A stretch of DNA of 64,000 nt from Myxococcota bacterium. GTDB taxonomy: Bacteria > Myxococcota_A > UBA796 > SXON01. The first letter of the stretch is position 1. Each line of letters opens with the position of its first letter. Both the position numbers and the translations under genes were made by a program. The DNA lies in contig JAZKFH010000009.1 of the NCBI GenBank assembly GCA_040386535.1, positions 160,001-224,000 of the forward strand, read 5' to 3'. This document shows, one piece after another, positions 48,957-58,403 of this stretch. The notes under the pieces are model-generated. The model saw only the letters and a list, made by a program, of their open reading frames with translations. It was not told where the DNA came from and searched no databases.

Positions 48957-49814
48957 ATGCGCCTCGTCCGACTCGCCGGCTGCTCCCTCGCCCTCGGCTG
49001 CGCCGCGCCGGTGGAAGAGGCGTTGCCCGACGCGGAGCCCGCGCCGACCGACACCGCGCCGCCGTTCACCTCGGCGCCGCCGCCGCCCGCCTTCGACGCC
49101 GCTGGGGTCGAGGCCGAGGCCGCCGCGTTGCTCCCGTGGCTCCCCAACGCAGCCGACGTGCTCCAGGACTGGCGCGACCAGTTCATCGGCGTGTCCCAAT
49201 CCTGCCCAGGCATCACCGCGCCGTTCAGCATCGTCGCGCCGTTCGAGGGGTGCCGGGCTGCGGACGGGCGCTTGTGGGCCGGGTACGCGGTCTACACCGA
49301 GGGCACCGACGCGCCGCTCGACGTGCTGCTGGAGGCCGACGCGACCGTCACGCAGGTGGATGGCGCCACGTTCATCGCGGCGGGCAAGACCTCGCTCGTG
49401 GTCACGGCGGAGGGCGCCTTCGACAGCGCGGTGTCGGGCACGTGGGGCGGCGCCGGGGACGACGATTGGACCGGGCCCGGCCCGAGCGTGGCGGTGTGGG
49501 CCGTGGGCGATGCCACGTCCGTGGCGCTGACCGGAGGGATGAGCCTCGCCGGCGGCGCGGTGTACCTCTCGGAGGTCGCGTGGGACGCGGAGACGTGCCC
49601 GGGCGCGACGGGCGAGATCGCGGTGCGCGACCCCGGCGGGTGGTGGTATTCGATCCATCTCGATGAGGATTGCAGCGGGTGTGGTCCGCTCACCTACGTG
49701 GGCGAGGACCTCGGTCGCGCCTGCGTCGGGCTGGGGAGCGCGTTGGAGGGGATGGTGACAGCGACGTTGGCCGGGGATGTCACACCTGGCTCCGACACCG
49801 GGAGCCCCAAGTGA
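48957..49814 (+). CDS. Hypothetical Cys-containing lipoprotein
   Basis: LALGC lipobox; C-terminal CSGCG...C; overlaps the next start codon. Confidence 0.65.
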   Translation: MRLVRLAGCSLALGCAAPVEEALPDAEPAPTDTAPPFTSAPPPPAFDAAGVEAEAAALLPWLPNAADVLQDWRDQFIGVSQSCPGITAPFSIVAPFEGCRAADGRLWAGYAVYTEGTDAPLDVLLEADATVTQVDGATFIAAGKTSLVVTAEGAFDSAVSGTWGGAGDDDWTGPGPSVAVWAVGDATSVALTGGMSLAGGAVYLSEVAWDAETCPGATGEIAVRDPGGWWYSIHLDEDCSGCGPLTYVGEDLGRACVGLGSALEGMVTATLAGDVTPGSDTGSPK

Positions 49815-51472
49815 CCCTGCTGATTTGGATCGCGTGCGCGCCTCCCGTCGCGGAGGAGCCGCAACGCGCCCCCCAAGCCCGGTCCCACGCCCGCACCTGG
49901 ACCCCCGTGGCCGAGCTCGACGCCCGCCTCGAACCGCTCCCGGCGCCGCGCCTCCTCCGCCGGATGAGCCTGGATCTCCGTGGCACGTTGCCCTCCGCGG
50001 CCGAGCTCGACGCGGTGGAGGCGGATCCGTTTGCCATCACCGAGCTCCGCGACGCCTACCTGGAGGATCCCCGCTTCGAGGAGCGGCTGGTCGAGCACCT
50101 CGGCGACCGTTGGTTGACCAAGGTGGACGAGTTCCTCATCGAGTACCGTGAGTTCCCGCAGCTCGGGGCCGACCGGACGAACGAGTACCGCTTCGAGCGG
50201 GCGGTGGGGGAGGAGCCGCTCCGGCTCATGGCGCGCGTGGCGGCCGAGGACCGGCCGTGGACAGACATCGTCACCGCCGACACCACGATGGCGAACGAGG
50301 TGCTCGCGCTGGCGTGGCCGGTGGAGTACCCCGACGGCGCCTCCGGCTGGCAGGAGGTGGCCTACACCGACGGGCGGCCGGCGGCCGGGGTGCTCGCCAC
50401 GAACGGCCTGTGGTGGCGCTACTACACCACCTTCTCCAACTACAACCGCATGCGGGTGAGCGCGGTCGCGAAGCTGCTCCTGTGTGTCGACTACCTCTCC
50501 CGCCCCGTGTCGTTCGACGGCGTCGTGTCATTGGCGGACACCGACGGCATCGAGGGCGCCTTGCGCACCAACCCCTATTGTATGGGATGCCACTCCTCGC
50601 TCGACGCCGTCGCCGCGGGCTTGTTTGGTTTCTGGACGCCCCAGGAGTACAGCGGCATCGAAAATGTCACCTACCACCCCGAGCGCGAGCTGCTCGGGGA
50701 GTCGCTCCTCGGCGTCTCCCCCGCCTGGTACGGGGCGCCGATCTCCGGCCTCGCCGACCTCGGCCAACACGTGGCCGCCGACCCCCGCTTCGCCCGGTGC
50801 GCGGCCCAGTCCGTCGCCGAGATGTATTGGCGGCGCGACGTGACTTTGGACGACTTCGACCGCGTGGAGGCGCTCCGCGCCGTGTACGTGGAGGGCGGGG
50901 CGCGGCTCAAGGATGTGGTCTCCGCGGTCACCGACACGGCCCCGTACCGCGCGGGGGGCGCCACCGCGGACGGCGGACCCGACGAGAACACCGCCCGCAC
51001 GATGGACGTGACGCTGCTCGGCTCCGTGCTGGAGGACCTCGCGGGGTTCACCTGGACCTGGGGCGGCTACGATCAGCTCCGCAACGACACCTGGGGTTAC
51101 CGCATCCTCGGCGGCGGCGTCGATGGGACCTACGTGAGCCGCGCCCAGCCGCTGCCCGGCCTCACGTGGTCCATCGTGCTCGCGCGCGTGGCGGAGGCGG
51201 CGGGCGTGGCGATCGCGACGCACGACCTCGACGACGACTCCCCGTGGCTGCTCGATCGGGTCTCGTCCACCGACGGGGCCGATTCCACGGCCTTCGCCGA
51301 GCAGGTCGCCGCGGCGCGGTGGCGCCTGCTCGCGGTGCGGCCGACCGAGGCCGACGTCGCCGCGGACGCCGACCTCTTCGACGAGGTCCTCGCGCTGACC
51401 GGCGACGTACCGAGCGCGTGGGCGGCCCTGGTCCAGGCGTGGCTCCGCGACCCCGCCTTCGGGAGCTACTGA
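49811..51472 (+). CDS. Exported protein with c-type haem motif (DUF1549/DUF1585/DUF1588-like partner of DUF1501)
   Basis: RLLRRMSLDLRGTLPS, AAGVLAT, CMGCH, DPRFARC; GTGA overlap with the upstream gene. Confidence 0.7.
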   Translation: MTLLIWIACAPPVAEEPQRAPQARSHARTWTPVAELDARLEPLPAPRLLRRMSLDLRGTLPSAAELDAVEADPFAITELRDAYLEDPRFEERLVEHLGDRWLTKVDEFLIEYREFPQLGADRTNEYRFERAVGEEPLRLMARVAAEDRPWTDIVTADTTMANEVLALAWPVEYPDGASGWQEVAYTDGRPAAGVLATNGLWWRYYTTFSNYNRMRVSAVAKLLLCVDYLSRPVSFDGVVSLADTDGIEGALRTNPYCMGCHSSLDAVAAGLFGFWTPQEYSGIENVTYHPERELLGESLLGVSPAWYGAPISGLADLGQHVAADPRFARCAAQSVAEMYWRRDVTLDDFDRVEALRAVYVEGGARLKDVVSAVTDTAPYRAGGATADGGPDENTARTMDVTLLGSVLEDLAGFTWTWGGYDQLRNDTWGYRILGGGVDGTYVSRAQPLPGLTWSIVLARVAEAAGVAIATHDLDDDSPWLLDRVSSTDGADSTAFAEQVAAARWRLLAVRPTEADVAADADLFDEVLALTGDVPSAWAALVQAWLRDPAFGSY

Positions 51473-52755
51473 TGCTCACCCGTCGTCAGCTCGGCGCCCT
51501 CGGGCTGGGTGGCGCGCTCGGCGGCCTCCTCCGGCCCCGCCGTGGGCTCGCCGCGGCCCCGGTGACCGACCGCAAGTTCCTCTTCGTGTATTGCGTCGGC
51601 GGGTGGGATCCGACGGTCGTGTTCGCGCCCAAGGTGGGGCTCGACAGCATCGACGTCGATCCGCTCGGCACCGCCTCCCACATCGGCGGGATCGATTTCC
51701 TGGACGCGGCGAGCCGCCCCGCGGTGCGGACGTTTCTCGACGCGTACGCCGACCGCACCTGCGTCCTGAACGGGTTCGAGGTGCGCTCCGTCACCCATGA
51801 GCGGTGCCGCCGCATCCTCCTCACCGGGTCGAGCGGGGCGGACGCGGACGACTGGCCGTCGATCGTGGCGGGGAGCCCGTCGCGGAGCGAGGGCGGCTAC
51901 CTCCTGCCGCACCTCGTGCTCTCCGGGCCGTCCTACACCTCCACGTTCGGGGACGCGGCGGTGCGCGTCGGATCGAGCGGCCAGCTGGGCCAGCTGCTCG
52001 ACGCCACCGCGTTCGCGCGGGCCGACGTCCCCCTCGTCGGGCTGCCGGCCTCCGTGAACGAGCGCGTGGCGGCGCGGGTGCGTGCGCGCGTGGACACGAT
52101 GGCGGTCGGCGCGGCCGCGGGCCGGGAGCGCGAGTTCCTCGACGCGTACGGGGCGGCGCTCGACCAGGCCGTGCGGGTCGACGCGATCGCGGGCGAGGTG
52201 GATCTCGTGCCTCGCGGCGCGAACGGCTGCGTGGATGTGTCGGACACGCTCGGCCCGGCGCTCGCCTGCCTGGAGCGTGGGTATTCGCGCTCCGCCATCG
52301 TGCAACACGGCGGCTTCTGCGACCTCGGCTGGGACTCCCACTCCGACATCGAGATGCAGGGCACCCATTTCGAGCTCTTGTTCCAGGACCTCGCGACGTT
52401 GATGGCGGAGCTCGACGCACGCACCGGCCCCGGCGGCGGGCGCCTCGCGGACGAGGTCACCGTGGTGGTGCTCTCCGAGATGGGCCGCACCCCGAAGCTC
52501 AACGGCGCCGGCGGCAAGGACCACTGGACCTACACCTCCGCGATGTTGATCGGGGCCGGCGTGGCCGGCGGACGCGTGATCGGCGGGTACGACGACGTGT
52601 TCGTGGGGGAGCCGGTCGATCTCGCGTCGGGAGAGCTCGACGCCGACGGCACCCCGCTCACTTCGGCGCACCTCGGCGCCACCCTGCTCGCCCTCGCGGA
52701 CGTCGATCCCGCCGCGTTCACCACCGCGGAGCCGATCGGCGGCGCCCTCGGCTGA
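51472..52755 (+). CDS. DUF1501 domain protein with Tat signal
   Basis: MLTRRQL twin-Arg signal; GGWDP, GWDSH, SEMGRTP, GKDHW, GGRVIG. Confidence 0.85.
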   Translation: MLTRRQLGALGLGGALGGLLRPRRGLAAAPVTDRKFLFVYCVGGWDPTVVFAPKVGLDSIDVDPLGTASHIGGIDFLDAASRPAVRTFLDAYADRTCVLNGFEVRSVTHERCRRILLTGSSGADADDWPSIVAGSPSRSEGGYLLPHLVLSGPSYTSTFGDAAVRVGSSGQLGQLLDATAFARADVPLVGLPASVNERVAARVRARVDTMAVGAAAGREREFLDAYGAALDQAVRVDAIAGEVDLVPRGANGCVDVSDTLGPALACLERGYSRSAIVQHGGFCDLGWDSHSDIEMQGTHFELLFQDLATLMAELDARTGPGGGRLADEVTVVVLSEMGRTPKLNGAGGKDHWTYTSAMLIGAGVAGGRVIGGYDDVFVGEPVDLASGELDADGTPLTSAHLGATLLALADVDPAAFTTAEPIGGALG

Positions 52756-52788
52756 GCCCGCAGACGGGGTGCCTATGTTCGGACAGGC

Positions 52789-53496
52789 ATGACCACGCTC
52801 CGCGCAGCGCTTCTCCCGATCCTCATCGGCGTCGCGGCATGTGGGGCCGTCACCGAACCGCTCGTCGCGGCGGCGGGCGGCGGCGGGCAGGGGGCCCAAG
52901 AGCCCGACGTCGCCGTGGTGGTGGAGCGCGTGCTCTCGGCGCCCGAGATGCGGGAGAGCATCGAGAGCCTCGCCCGGGCCCTGCTCGCCGGCGCGCACGA
53001 CGAGCTCGGGCGGCCGGAGTGGGAGGCCCTCCTGCGTGAGCGCAGCGCCGATCTCGTGGAGGGGATGGCCCCGGCGCTCGCCCGCGGCCTCGAGACGGAC
53101 ATCGGGCCGGCGCTCCGCCGAGAGCTCGCGCGGGGTGTCGAACGCGCCCTCGCCCAGCTCGCCGATCCGGGCACGCAGGCGCAGCTCGCCGACATCACCC
53201 GCGCGGTCACGACGGCCGTGATCGACACGCTGCTGCTCGATCCCAACGCCACCGAACCGTCGCGTCCCGCGCTCCGGCGGGCCACCGAGCACGTCCTGCT
53301 CGGCGTGGGGGACGCCCTGCAAGGCGACCTCGGCACGGCGCTTCACGGGTTCCTTCGGACCGAGCGTCAGGCCATCGCCGAGGACACGAGGCGGTCGGGC
53401 CGGCCCCTGCGGTGGCTCCTGTACGGGCTCGTGGGGATCCTGCTCCCGACGGTCGTCATCCAGGGGGTCCTCCTCCGGCGGGCACGGCGGCGGTGA
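52789..53496 (+). CDS. Hypothetical helical lipoprotein with C-terminal TM
   Basis: VAAC lipobox; amphipathic helices; WLLYGLVGILLPTVVIQGVLLRRARRR tail. Confidence 0.65.
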   Translation: MTTLRAALLPILIGVAACGAVTEPLVAAAGGGGQGAQEPDVAVVVERVLSAPEMRESIESLARALLAGAHDELGRPEWEALLRERSADLVEGMAPALARGLETDIGPALRRELARGVERALAQLADPGTQAQLADITRAVTTAVIDTLLLDPNATEPSRPALRRATEHVLLGVGDALQGDLGTALHGFLRTERQAIAEDTRRSGRPLRWLLYGLVGILLPTVVIQGVLLRRARRR

Positions 53497-53499
53497 CGG

Positions 53500-54414
53500 T
53501 CACTGCTTGGACGGGCACGTCCGCTTGAGCCAGTCGGTCACGAACGCGCGGAAGGCGCGCACCTTGGGCGAGGGGAACCGCGTGCCCTGGGTGAGGAGGA
53601 AGAGCGGGGTCCCCACGTTGCCGTAGGTGGGGAGCACGCGTACGAGGCGGCCGGCGGCGACGTCGTCGGTGACGAGGAAGCTCGGCAGGGGCGCGACCCC
53701 GCCGGCGGCGAGCGCGGCGGCCCGCAGGAACGAGAAGTCCGACGCCAGGATGTTCGCCCGCACTCGCACCGGCACCACGCTCCCCGTGTCGGGCTGGAGG
53801 TGGAGGACGCCGTGGGCGTTGGCCGAGCGGTGCAGCAGCAGGCGATGGTCGGCCAGCGCGTCGGGCGTGTCGATGTTGGCGGCCCCGGCGAGGTAGGCGG
53901 GCGCCGCGTAGAGCCCCACGGCGAGGTCGAGCAGCTTGTGGGCGACGAGCGAGGAGTCCGGCAGGCTCGCGGCGGCGCGGAACGCCACGTCGATCTGGTG
54001 GCCGTCGAAGTCCAGCACCTGCTCGGTCAGCACCATCTCGACTGAAACCGCGGGGTACGCAGCCACGAACGCCGTGATGATGGGCGCGAGCAGGGTGGCG
54101 CCCAGGTCGATGGGCGCGGTGACGCGCAGGTTTCCGCTCGGCGCGGCGCCGGTGTCGCGAAGCGCGGCGTCCGCGTCCTCCAGCAGCTCCAGCGCTTTTC
54201 CCGCGCGGGCCCGGTAGGCGGCGCCGTCCTCGGTGGGCTCCACGCGGCGCGGGCTCCGACGCAACAACATCACGCCGAGCGCCCGCTCCAATCGCGTGAT
54301 TCGGCGGCTCACCGAGCCTTTTGTCTCTCCGAGCGTGTGCGCGGCGCTCGTGATCGAGCCCACGTCGGCCACGAGGCAGAACGCGCGGAGGTCGGCAAGG
54401 TCGTAGGTTTCCAT
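53500..54414 (-). CDS. LysR family transcriptional regulator
   Basis: LRAFCLVADVGSITSAA...VSRRITRLERALGVMLLRR HTH; GNLRVTAP; IDVAFR; PKVRAF. Confidence 0.93.
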   Translation of the reverse strand: METYDLADLRAFCLVADVGSITSAAHTLGETKGSVSRRITRLERALGVMLLRRSPRRVEPTEDGAAYRARAGKALELLEDADAALRDTGAAPSGNLRVTAPIDLGATLLAPIITAFVAAYPAVSVEMVLTEQVLDFDGHQIDVAFRAAASLPDSSLVAHKLLDLAVGLYAAPAYLAGAANIDTPDALADHRLLLHRSANAHGVLHLQPDTGSVVPVRVRANILASDFSFLRAAALAAGGVAPLPSFLVTDDVAAGRLVRVLPTYGNVGTPLFLLTQGTRFPSPKVRAFRAFVTDWLKRTCPSKQ

Positions 54415-54423
54415 TCCGGCAAC
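54407..54423. promoter_or_regulatory. Putative LysR T-N11-A dyad box overlapping the lysR start codon
   Basis: gtttcc-attcc-ggcaac imperfect dyad; T54409-N11-A54421. Confidence 0.45.
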
Positions 54424-54541
54424 TCCGTGTCCCAATTCGGTGGGATTGTATCCGTCGGGAGCGCGACCTACCTTCTCGTTGTCGACGGGCCGCCGGCCCT
54501 TCCCCGACTGCAAGACCGTCACCCCCCCCGAGGAACACCCC

Positions 54542-55090
54542 ATGTCCACCGACTCCTGGAACTTCGACACCGTCCACTCCAGCATCACGTTCTCCATCCG
54601 CCACCTCGTCATCAGCAAGGTGCACGGCCGCTTCACGAAGTGGTCCGGCGGCTTCGCGCTCGACGCCGAGGGCAACGCGCCGGGCACCATCACCGCCGCG
54701 ATCGAGGTGGCGAGCATCGACACGAACGAGGCGCAGCGTGACGCGCACCTCCGCTCGCCCGACTTCTTCGACACCGAGAAGTTCCCGACGATGTCGTTCG
54801 CGAGCACGAGCATCCGCCGCATCGACGACAGCGCGCTCGAGATCACGGGCCAGCTCACCATTCGCGACGTGTCGCGCGAGGTGACCCTCGCCGCCGACTT
54901 CGGCGGCCGCGTGACCGATCCCTGGGGCAACCAGCGCCTCGGCTACTCCGCCAAGACGACGATCAACCGCAAGGACTTCGGCCTTGGCTGGAACCAGGTC
55001 CTCGAGGCCGGCGGCGTGGTCGTCGGCGAGAAGGTCGAGATCGCCATCGAGGTCGAGCTCGTCCGGACCGCGGCGGCCGCTACCGCGTAG
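54542..55090 (+). CDS. YceI family protein
   Basis: DTVHSSITFSIRHL, SIDTNEAQRDAHLRSPDFFD, DPWGNQR, INRKDFGL; GAGGA RBS. Confidence 0.93.
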   Translation: MSTDSWNFDTVHSSITFSIRHLVISKVHGRFTKWSGGFALDAEGNAPGTITAAIEVASIDTNEAQRDAHLRSPDFFDTEKFPTMSFASTSIRRIDDSALEITGQLTIRDVSREVTLAADFGGRVTDPWGNQRLGYSAKTTINRKDFGLGWNQVLEAGGVVVGEKVEIAIEVELVRTAAAATA

Positions 55091-55093
55091 GTC

Positions 55094-57043
55094 CTACGGG
55101 CACGACGCGTCGGACCACTCGTCGACGTTGTTGGTCTCCACACACTCGCTCACCGTGTCGTCGGAGTCGACCGCGGCCGAGAAGCCGTAGATGCCGACAT
55201 CGTCGGGCGTGAGCTCGAACTCGATGCCCGCCAGCACCGTGCCGGCGGGGATCGCGGGGAGGGGGTAGGTGGCGACCGGGCGCGGCCCGGACTTCTCCTC
55301 GGCGTAGAGCGTGAGGAGGGCCCCCTCGCTCACGTCGGCGCCGCCCTCGTTGCCGACCTGCACGCCCACCGCGATGGGCCCGAAATCGCAGTCCGCCACG
55401 CACACGTCCGTGATCGAGACGGTGAGATCGGGCGTGGAGGGATCGTCCGCCGCGACGCGCGCGCGGTACACGTTGTACTTGAGCCAGCTCGCCTCCGGCT
55501 CCTGCGGCACCGACCCGTCCGGGTTGATGTTGGTGATGGCGAAGTCGTGCACGTTCCACGTGGTGCCCGCGGCCGGCCAGCCGTCGCCGTCGTGCTCGTA
55601 GGCGGTGATCGCGAACCCGGAGCCGTAGTGCGCGACCACGATCTCGGCGTGGCCGTCCGCGTCGATGTCGGCCACGGTCGGGTACTCGAAGATGGTCGGC
55701 GAGGCGTGGTTCGTGTCGGAGTACAGCTCGGCGCCGGTGCTCCCGTCGAAGATGGTGAAGCTCGACTGGTCGGCGAAGAGGATCTCGAGCGCGCCGTCAT
55801 TGTTGAGGTCGTACCCGGAGCACCCGGCGAGGCCCGACGTGTCGTCCATCGGGACCGACCACATCTGCGTTCCATCGAGCTCGTACGCGACGAAGTTCTG
55901 GTAGGACGGCCACGCCACCTCGGCCTCGCCGTCCCCGTCGAAGTCGCCGGCGCACGGGGGGCCCGGCTGCGCGGGCGTGCCGTAGTTCACGCTGTAGATC
56001 TGCGTGCCGTCGTGATTCCAGAGCGTCCAGTTGGCGCCCACGAACCCGATCTCGGCCTCGGGGTCGGAGTCGGCCTGGATGATGACCGGCCAGAAGCCGT
56101 AGGTGCCTACCTCGCCGGTGTCCCAGAGCAGGGTGCCGTCACTGTCGTAGAGCGCGCCTTCGAGCGCGATCTCCTGGTCGCCGTCGTTGTCCACGTCCGC
56201 GATGGCGGGGAGGCGGTAGTTGAAGCCGCCCGTGGTCACCAACATGTCGAACGCGCTCGTCCCGTCCTCGCCGTTGAGCACCTTCTGGTCGTGGAGGATT
56301 TCGGGGTTCCCGTCCTCGTCCAGGTCCGCGACGTTGTGGATCATGTAGTTGAGGGACGAGAGCATGTCGTTCGCGGTCCACTTCAGCGTGCCGTCGCCCT
56401 CCAGGGCGATGGTCCGGCCGCTGCTGTCGGCGGAGACCACGTCGGGCGCGCCGTCGGAGTCGATGTCGGCGATGAGCGTGCCCGCGTAGCTGTTGCCCGG
56501 GTAGGTCCACTTGGCGACCCCGGTGGAGCCCTCGAGCGCGACGACGTAGTTGTCGGCGGTGAACACCACCTCGGGCGAGTCGTCCTCGTCGATGCGGCCG
56601 TCGCCGTTGTCGTCGTCCAGGTTGCCGATCACGGGCGTCATCCAGGAGTTCATGTGCCCGCGGTACGTCCACTGGGTGCGGACCGCCCAGGGGTTGACCA
56701 CCTCGGCGCCGCCGCCGGAGGTCTCGCCCTGGCACTCGGCGTTGATGGCGATCGGCCCCTCCGCGCCGAGCTCGAGCGCCGGGCACTCCGCGTCCAGGCA
56801 GTCCGCCCGGCCGTTCAGGTTGGCGTCGGGAAAACCCTCGTCGATGAGGCCGTCGCCGTCGTCGTCTGTGCCGTTGCACTCCTCGACCGCCGGCGGGTCG
56901 GTGTCGTCCGTGTCCGTCGGGACATCGTCCGTGTCTCCGGTGTCGAAGTCGGTGCGGTCCTTGTCCTTCGGGTTCAGCTCGCTCTGGATCGAACAACCGG
57001 CGACGACGAGGGCACAAAGGACGGAGAATGGCAGGACACGCAT
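55094..57043 (-). CDS. FG-GAP/VCBS-repeat lipoprotein with Cys/Asp metal-binding motif and CARDB-like C-terminus
   Basis: VAGC lipobox; EECNGTDDDGDGLIDEG; repeated DxDxDGxxE/D motifs; ECVETNN. Confidence 0.8.
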   Translation of the reverse strand: MRVLPFSVLCALVVAGCSIQSELNPKDKDRTDFDTGDTDDVPTDTDDTDPPAVEECNGTDDDGDGLIDEGFPDANLNGRADCLDAECPALELGAEGPIAINAECQGETSGGGAEVVNPWAVRTQWTYRGHMNSWMTPVIGNLDDDNGDGRIDEDDSPEVVFTADNYVVALEGSTGVAKWTYPGNSYAGTLIADIDSDGAPDVVSADSSGRTIALEGDGTLKWTANDMLSSLNYMIHNVADLDEDGNPEILHDQKVLNGEDGTSAFDMLVTTGGFNYRLPAIADVDNDGDQEIALEGALYDSDGTLLWDTGEVGTYGFWPVIIQADSDPEAEIGFVGANWTLWNHDGTQIYSVNYGTPAQPGPPCAGDFDGDGEAEVAWPSYQNFVAYELDGTQMWSVPMDDTSGLAGCSGYDLNNDGALEILFADQSSFTIFDGSTGAELYSDTNHASPTIFEYPTVADIDADGHAEIVVAHYGSGFAITAYEHDGDGWPAAGTTWNVHDFAITNINPDGSVPQEPEASWLKYNVYRARVAADDPSTPDLTVSITDVCVADCDFGPIAVGVQVGNEGGADVSEGALLTLYAEEKSGPRPVATYPLPAIPAGTVLAGIEFELTPDDVGIYGFSAAVDSDDTVSECVETNNVDEWSDASCP

Positions 57044-57107
57044 GAGGCTCCCGGGGCCCGCGGAGTGTACCTGCAGCGGCCCGGGATGCGACGGCAAAAT
57101 GCGCGCC

Positions 57108-57680
57108 CTACCCGCCCCAGACGCGCATGATCGACACATCCATGAACGAGGCCTCCGCGACGGTCGCAGTGTGCCCGGCGTCGTCGTGCAGGACGAGGTC
57201 CATCACCTGCACGTCGAGGACCCCGTCGGCCCACTCCGAGGCGGGCACGTCCATGTGGAGGATCACGGTCCCCGACACGGCGGCCCATTGCTCGAAGACG
57301 GTGCGCGCGCTGAGCGCGTCCGTGCAGTAGTTGATCGCGACCGGATCGGCGATCTCCACCGACACATCCACGTCGTCCACACCCACGAACAGCGTCTCGG
57401 TGACCGGCTCGCCCGACGCCGTGACGGCGGCGAGGATCCCCGCTCGGTACACGCGCAGGCCCACGGTCCCGTCGCCGTCCCAGGCGTGCATGGTGGTGTC
57501 GGAGCAGCCGCCGGTCGTGTCGAGCATCGCCTCGAAGCCCGCCGGGAGGAGCGGCGCGGGGGTGTCGGTGTCCCCGGAGTCGCCCTCACCCGTGTCGGCC
57601 GCGGTGTCCTTCTCGTCCTCGGGCAGGGGGCAGCCGGTCGTGAGCATGAGCGCGAACAAGGCAGGGAGCAGTCGGATCAT
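57108..57680 (-). CDS. Hypothetical lipoprotein
   Basis: LTTGC lipobox; DT-rich linker; GCSD and NYCTD motifs. Confidence 0.7.
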   Translation of the reverse strand: MIRLLPALFALMLTTGCPLPEDEKDTAADTGEGDSGDTDTPAPLLPAGFEAMLDTTGGCSDTTMHAWDGDGTVGLRVYRAGILAAVTASGEPVTETLFVGVDDVDVSVEIADPVAINYCTDALSARTVFEQWAAVSGTVILHMDVPASEWADGVLDVQVMDLVLHDDAGHTATVAEASFMDVSIMRVWGG

Positions 57681-57685
57681 GCCCG

Positions 57686-57718
57686 GATGTATCACGGATG
57701 TGTCAGCGATGTATCACC
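57686..57718. repeat. Three 11-bp direct repeats, candidate regulator site
   Basis: gatgtatcacg / gatgtgtcagc / gatgtatcacc. Confidence 0.7.
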
Positions 57719-58403
57719 GGTGGTCCGGGTGCCAGGCGAAGCCCAGCGCAGCGTGGAAGGCCTCCGCGCCGGTCCGCTCCGGCGTGTGGATCGCGCCCGC
57801 GAACTGGATGGGGCTGTACATCCACACCATCTCGGGGAACAGCTCGGCGCGCCCGAGGCGGATCGACCAGCCCACGCCCACCCCCACCGCGCCCGTCCAG
57901 AGCGGCTCCTGGCCGTACGAGCCCACGTACCAGCCGACCGCGCGGGGCCCGAACACGAGCTGGCTCTTGCCGACGTCGAAGCCGACGAGGAGCGGCACGG
58001 TGGCGCCGAGGACGGTCCACGGCTGGTTGCCGAGGGCGGGGCTGTGCCAGGACAACGAGAGCCCCGTGGCGAGGTGCGGGTCGCCCCGGAACCGCGCGCG
58101 GTGAAGCTGGAGCTTGGAGTCCGCCGCCACCCCGAACGTCGTGACCAGCCCCGGCCAGCCAAAGCCCCAGGCACGCGCGCCGACCTCCACCTTCTCGGTG
58201 ACGCCGACATGCACGCCCGTCTCGAGCTGGACCCAGGGGATGGGCGACTCCTGCTCCTTCCGCACCCCGGCGCGGAGCACCGAGGTCTCGAGCCCACCGG
58301 ACCAGCGGACGTCGCCGGGATCCAGCGTCGTGGCCCGCCCGAGGTCCATGGCGGCGGCGCACCCCTGGAGGATCAGGGCGCAGAGGACCAGGGCGCGCGT
58401 CAC
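57714..58403 (-). CDS. Putative outer-membrane beta-barrel lipoprotein
   Basis: LQGC lipobox; alternating amphipathic beta strands; C-terminal FHAALGFAW. Confidence 0.6.
   Translation of the reverse strand: MTRALVLCALILQGCAAAMDLGRATTLDPGDVRWSGGLETSVLRAGVRKEQESPIPWVQLETGVHVGVTEKVEVGARAWGFGWPGLVTTFGVAADSKLQLHRARFRGDPHLATGLSLSWHSPALGNQPWTVLGATVPLLVGFDVGKSQLVFGPRAVGWYVGSYGQEPLWTGAVGVGVGWSIRLGRAELFPEMVWMYSPIQFAGAIHTPERTGAEAFHAALGFAWHPDHR

Noticed and set aside
45359..49231. 1290-aa ORF on the minus strand
   Set aside because: Antisense shadow of the FHA-like, crotonase and FAAL genes; no motifs of its own.
53500..54930. 476-aa LysR with a long N-terminal extension
   Set aside because: The extension is antisense to yceI; the HTH begins right after ATG 54414.
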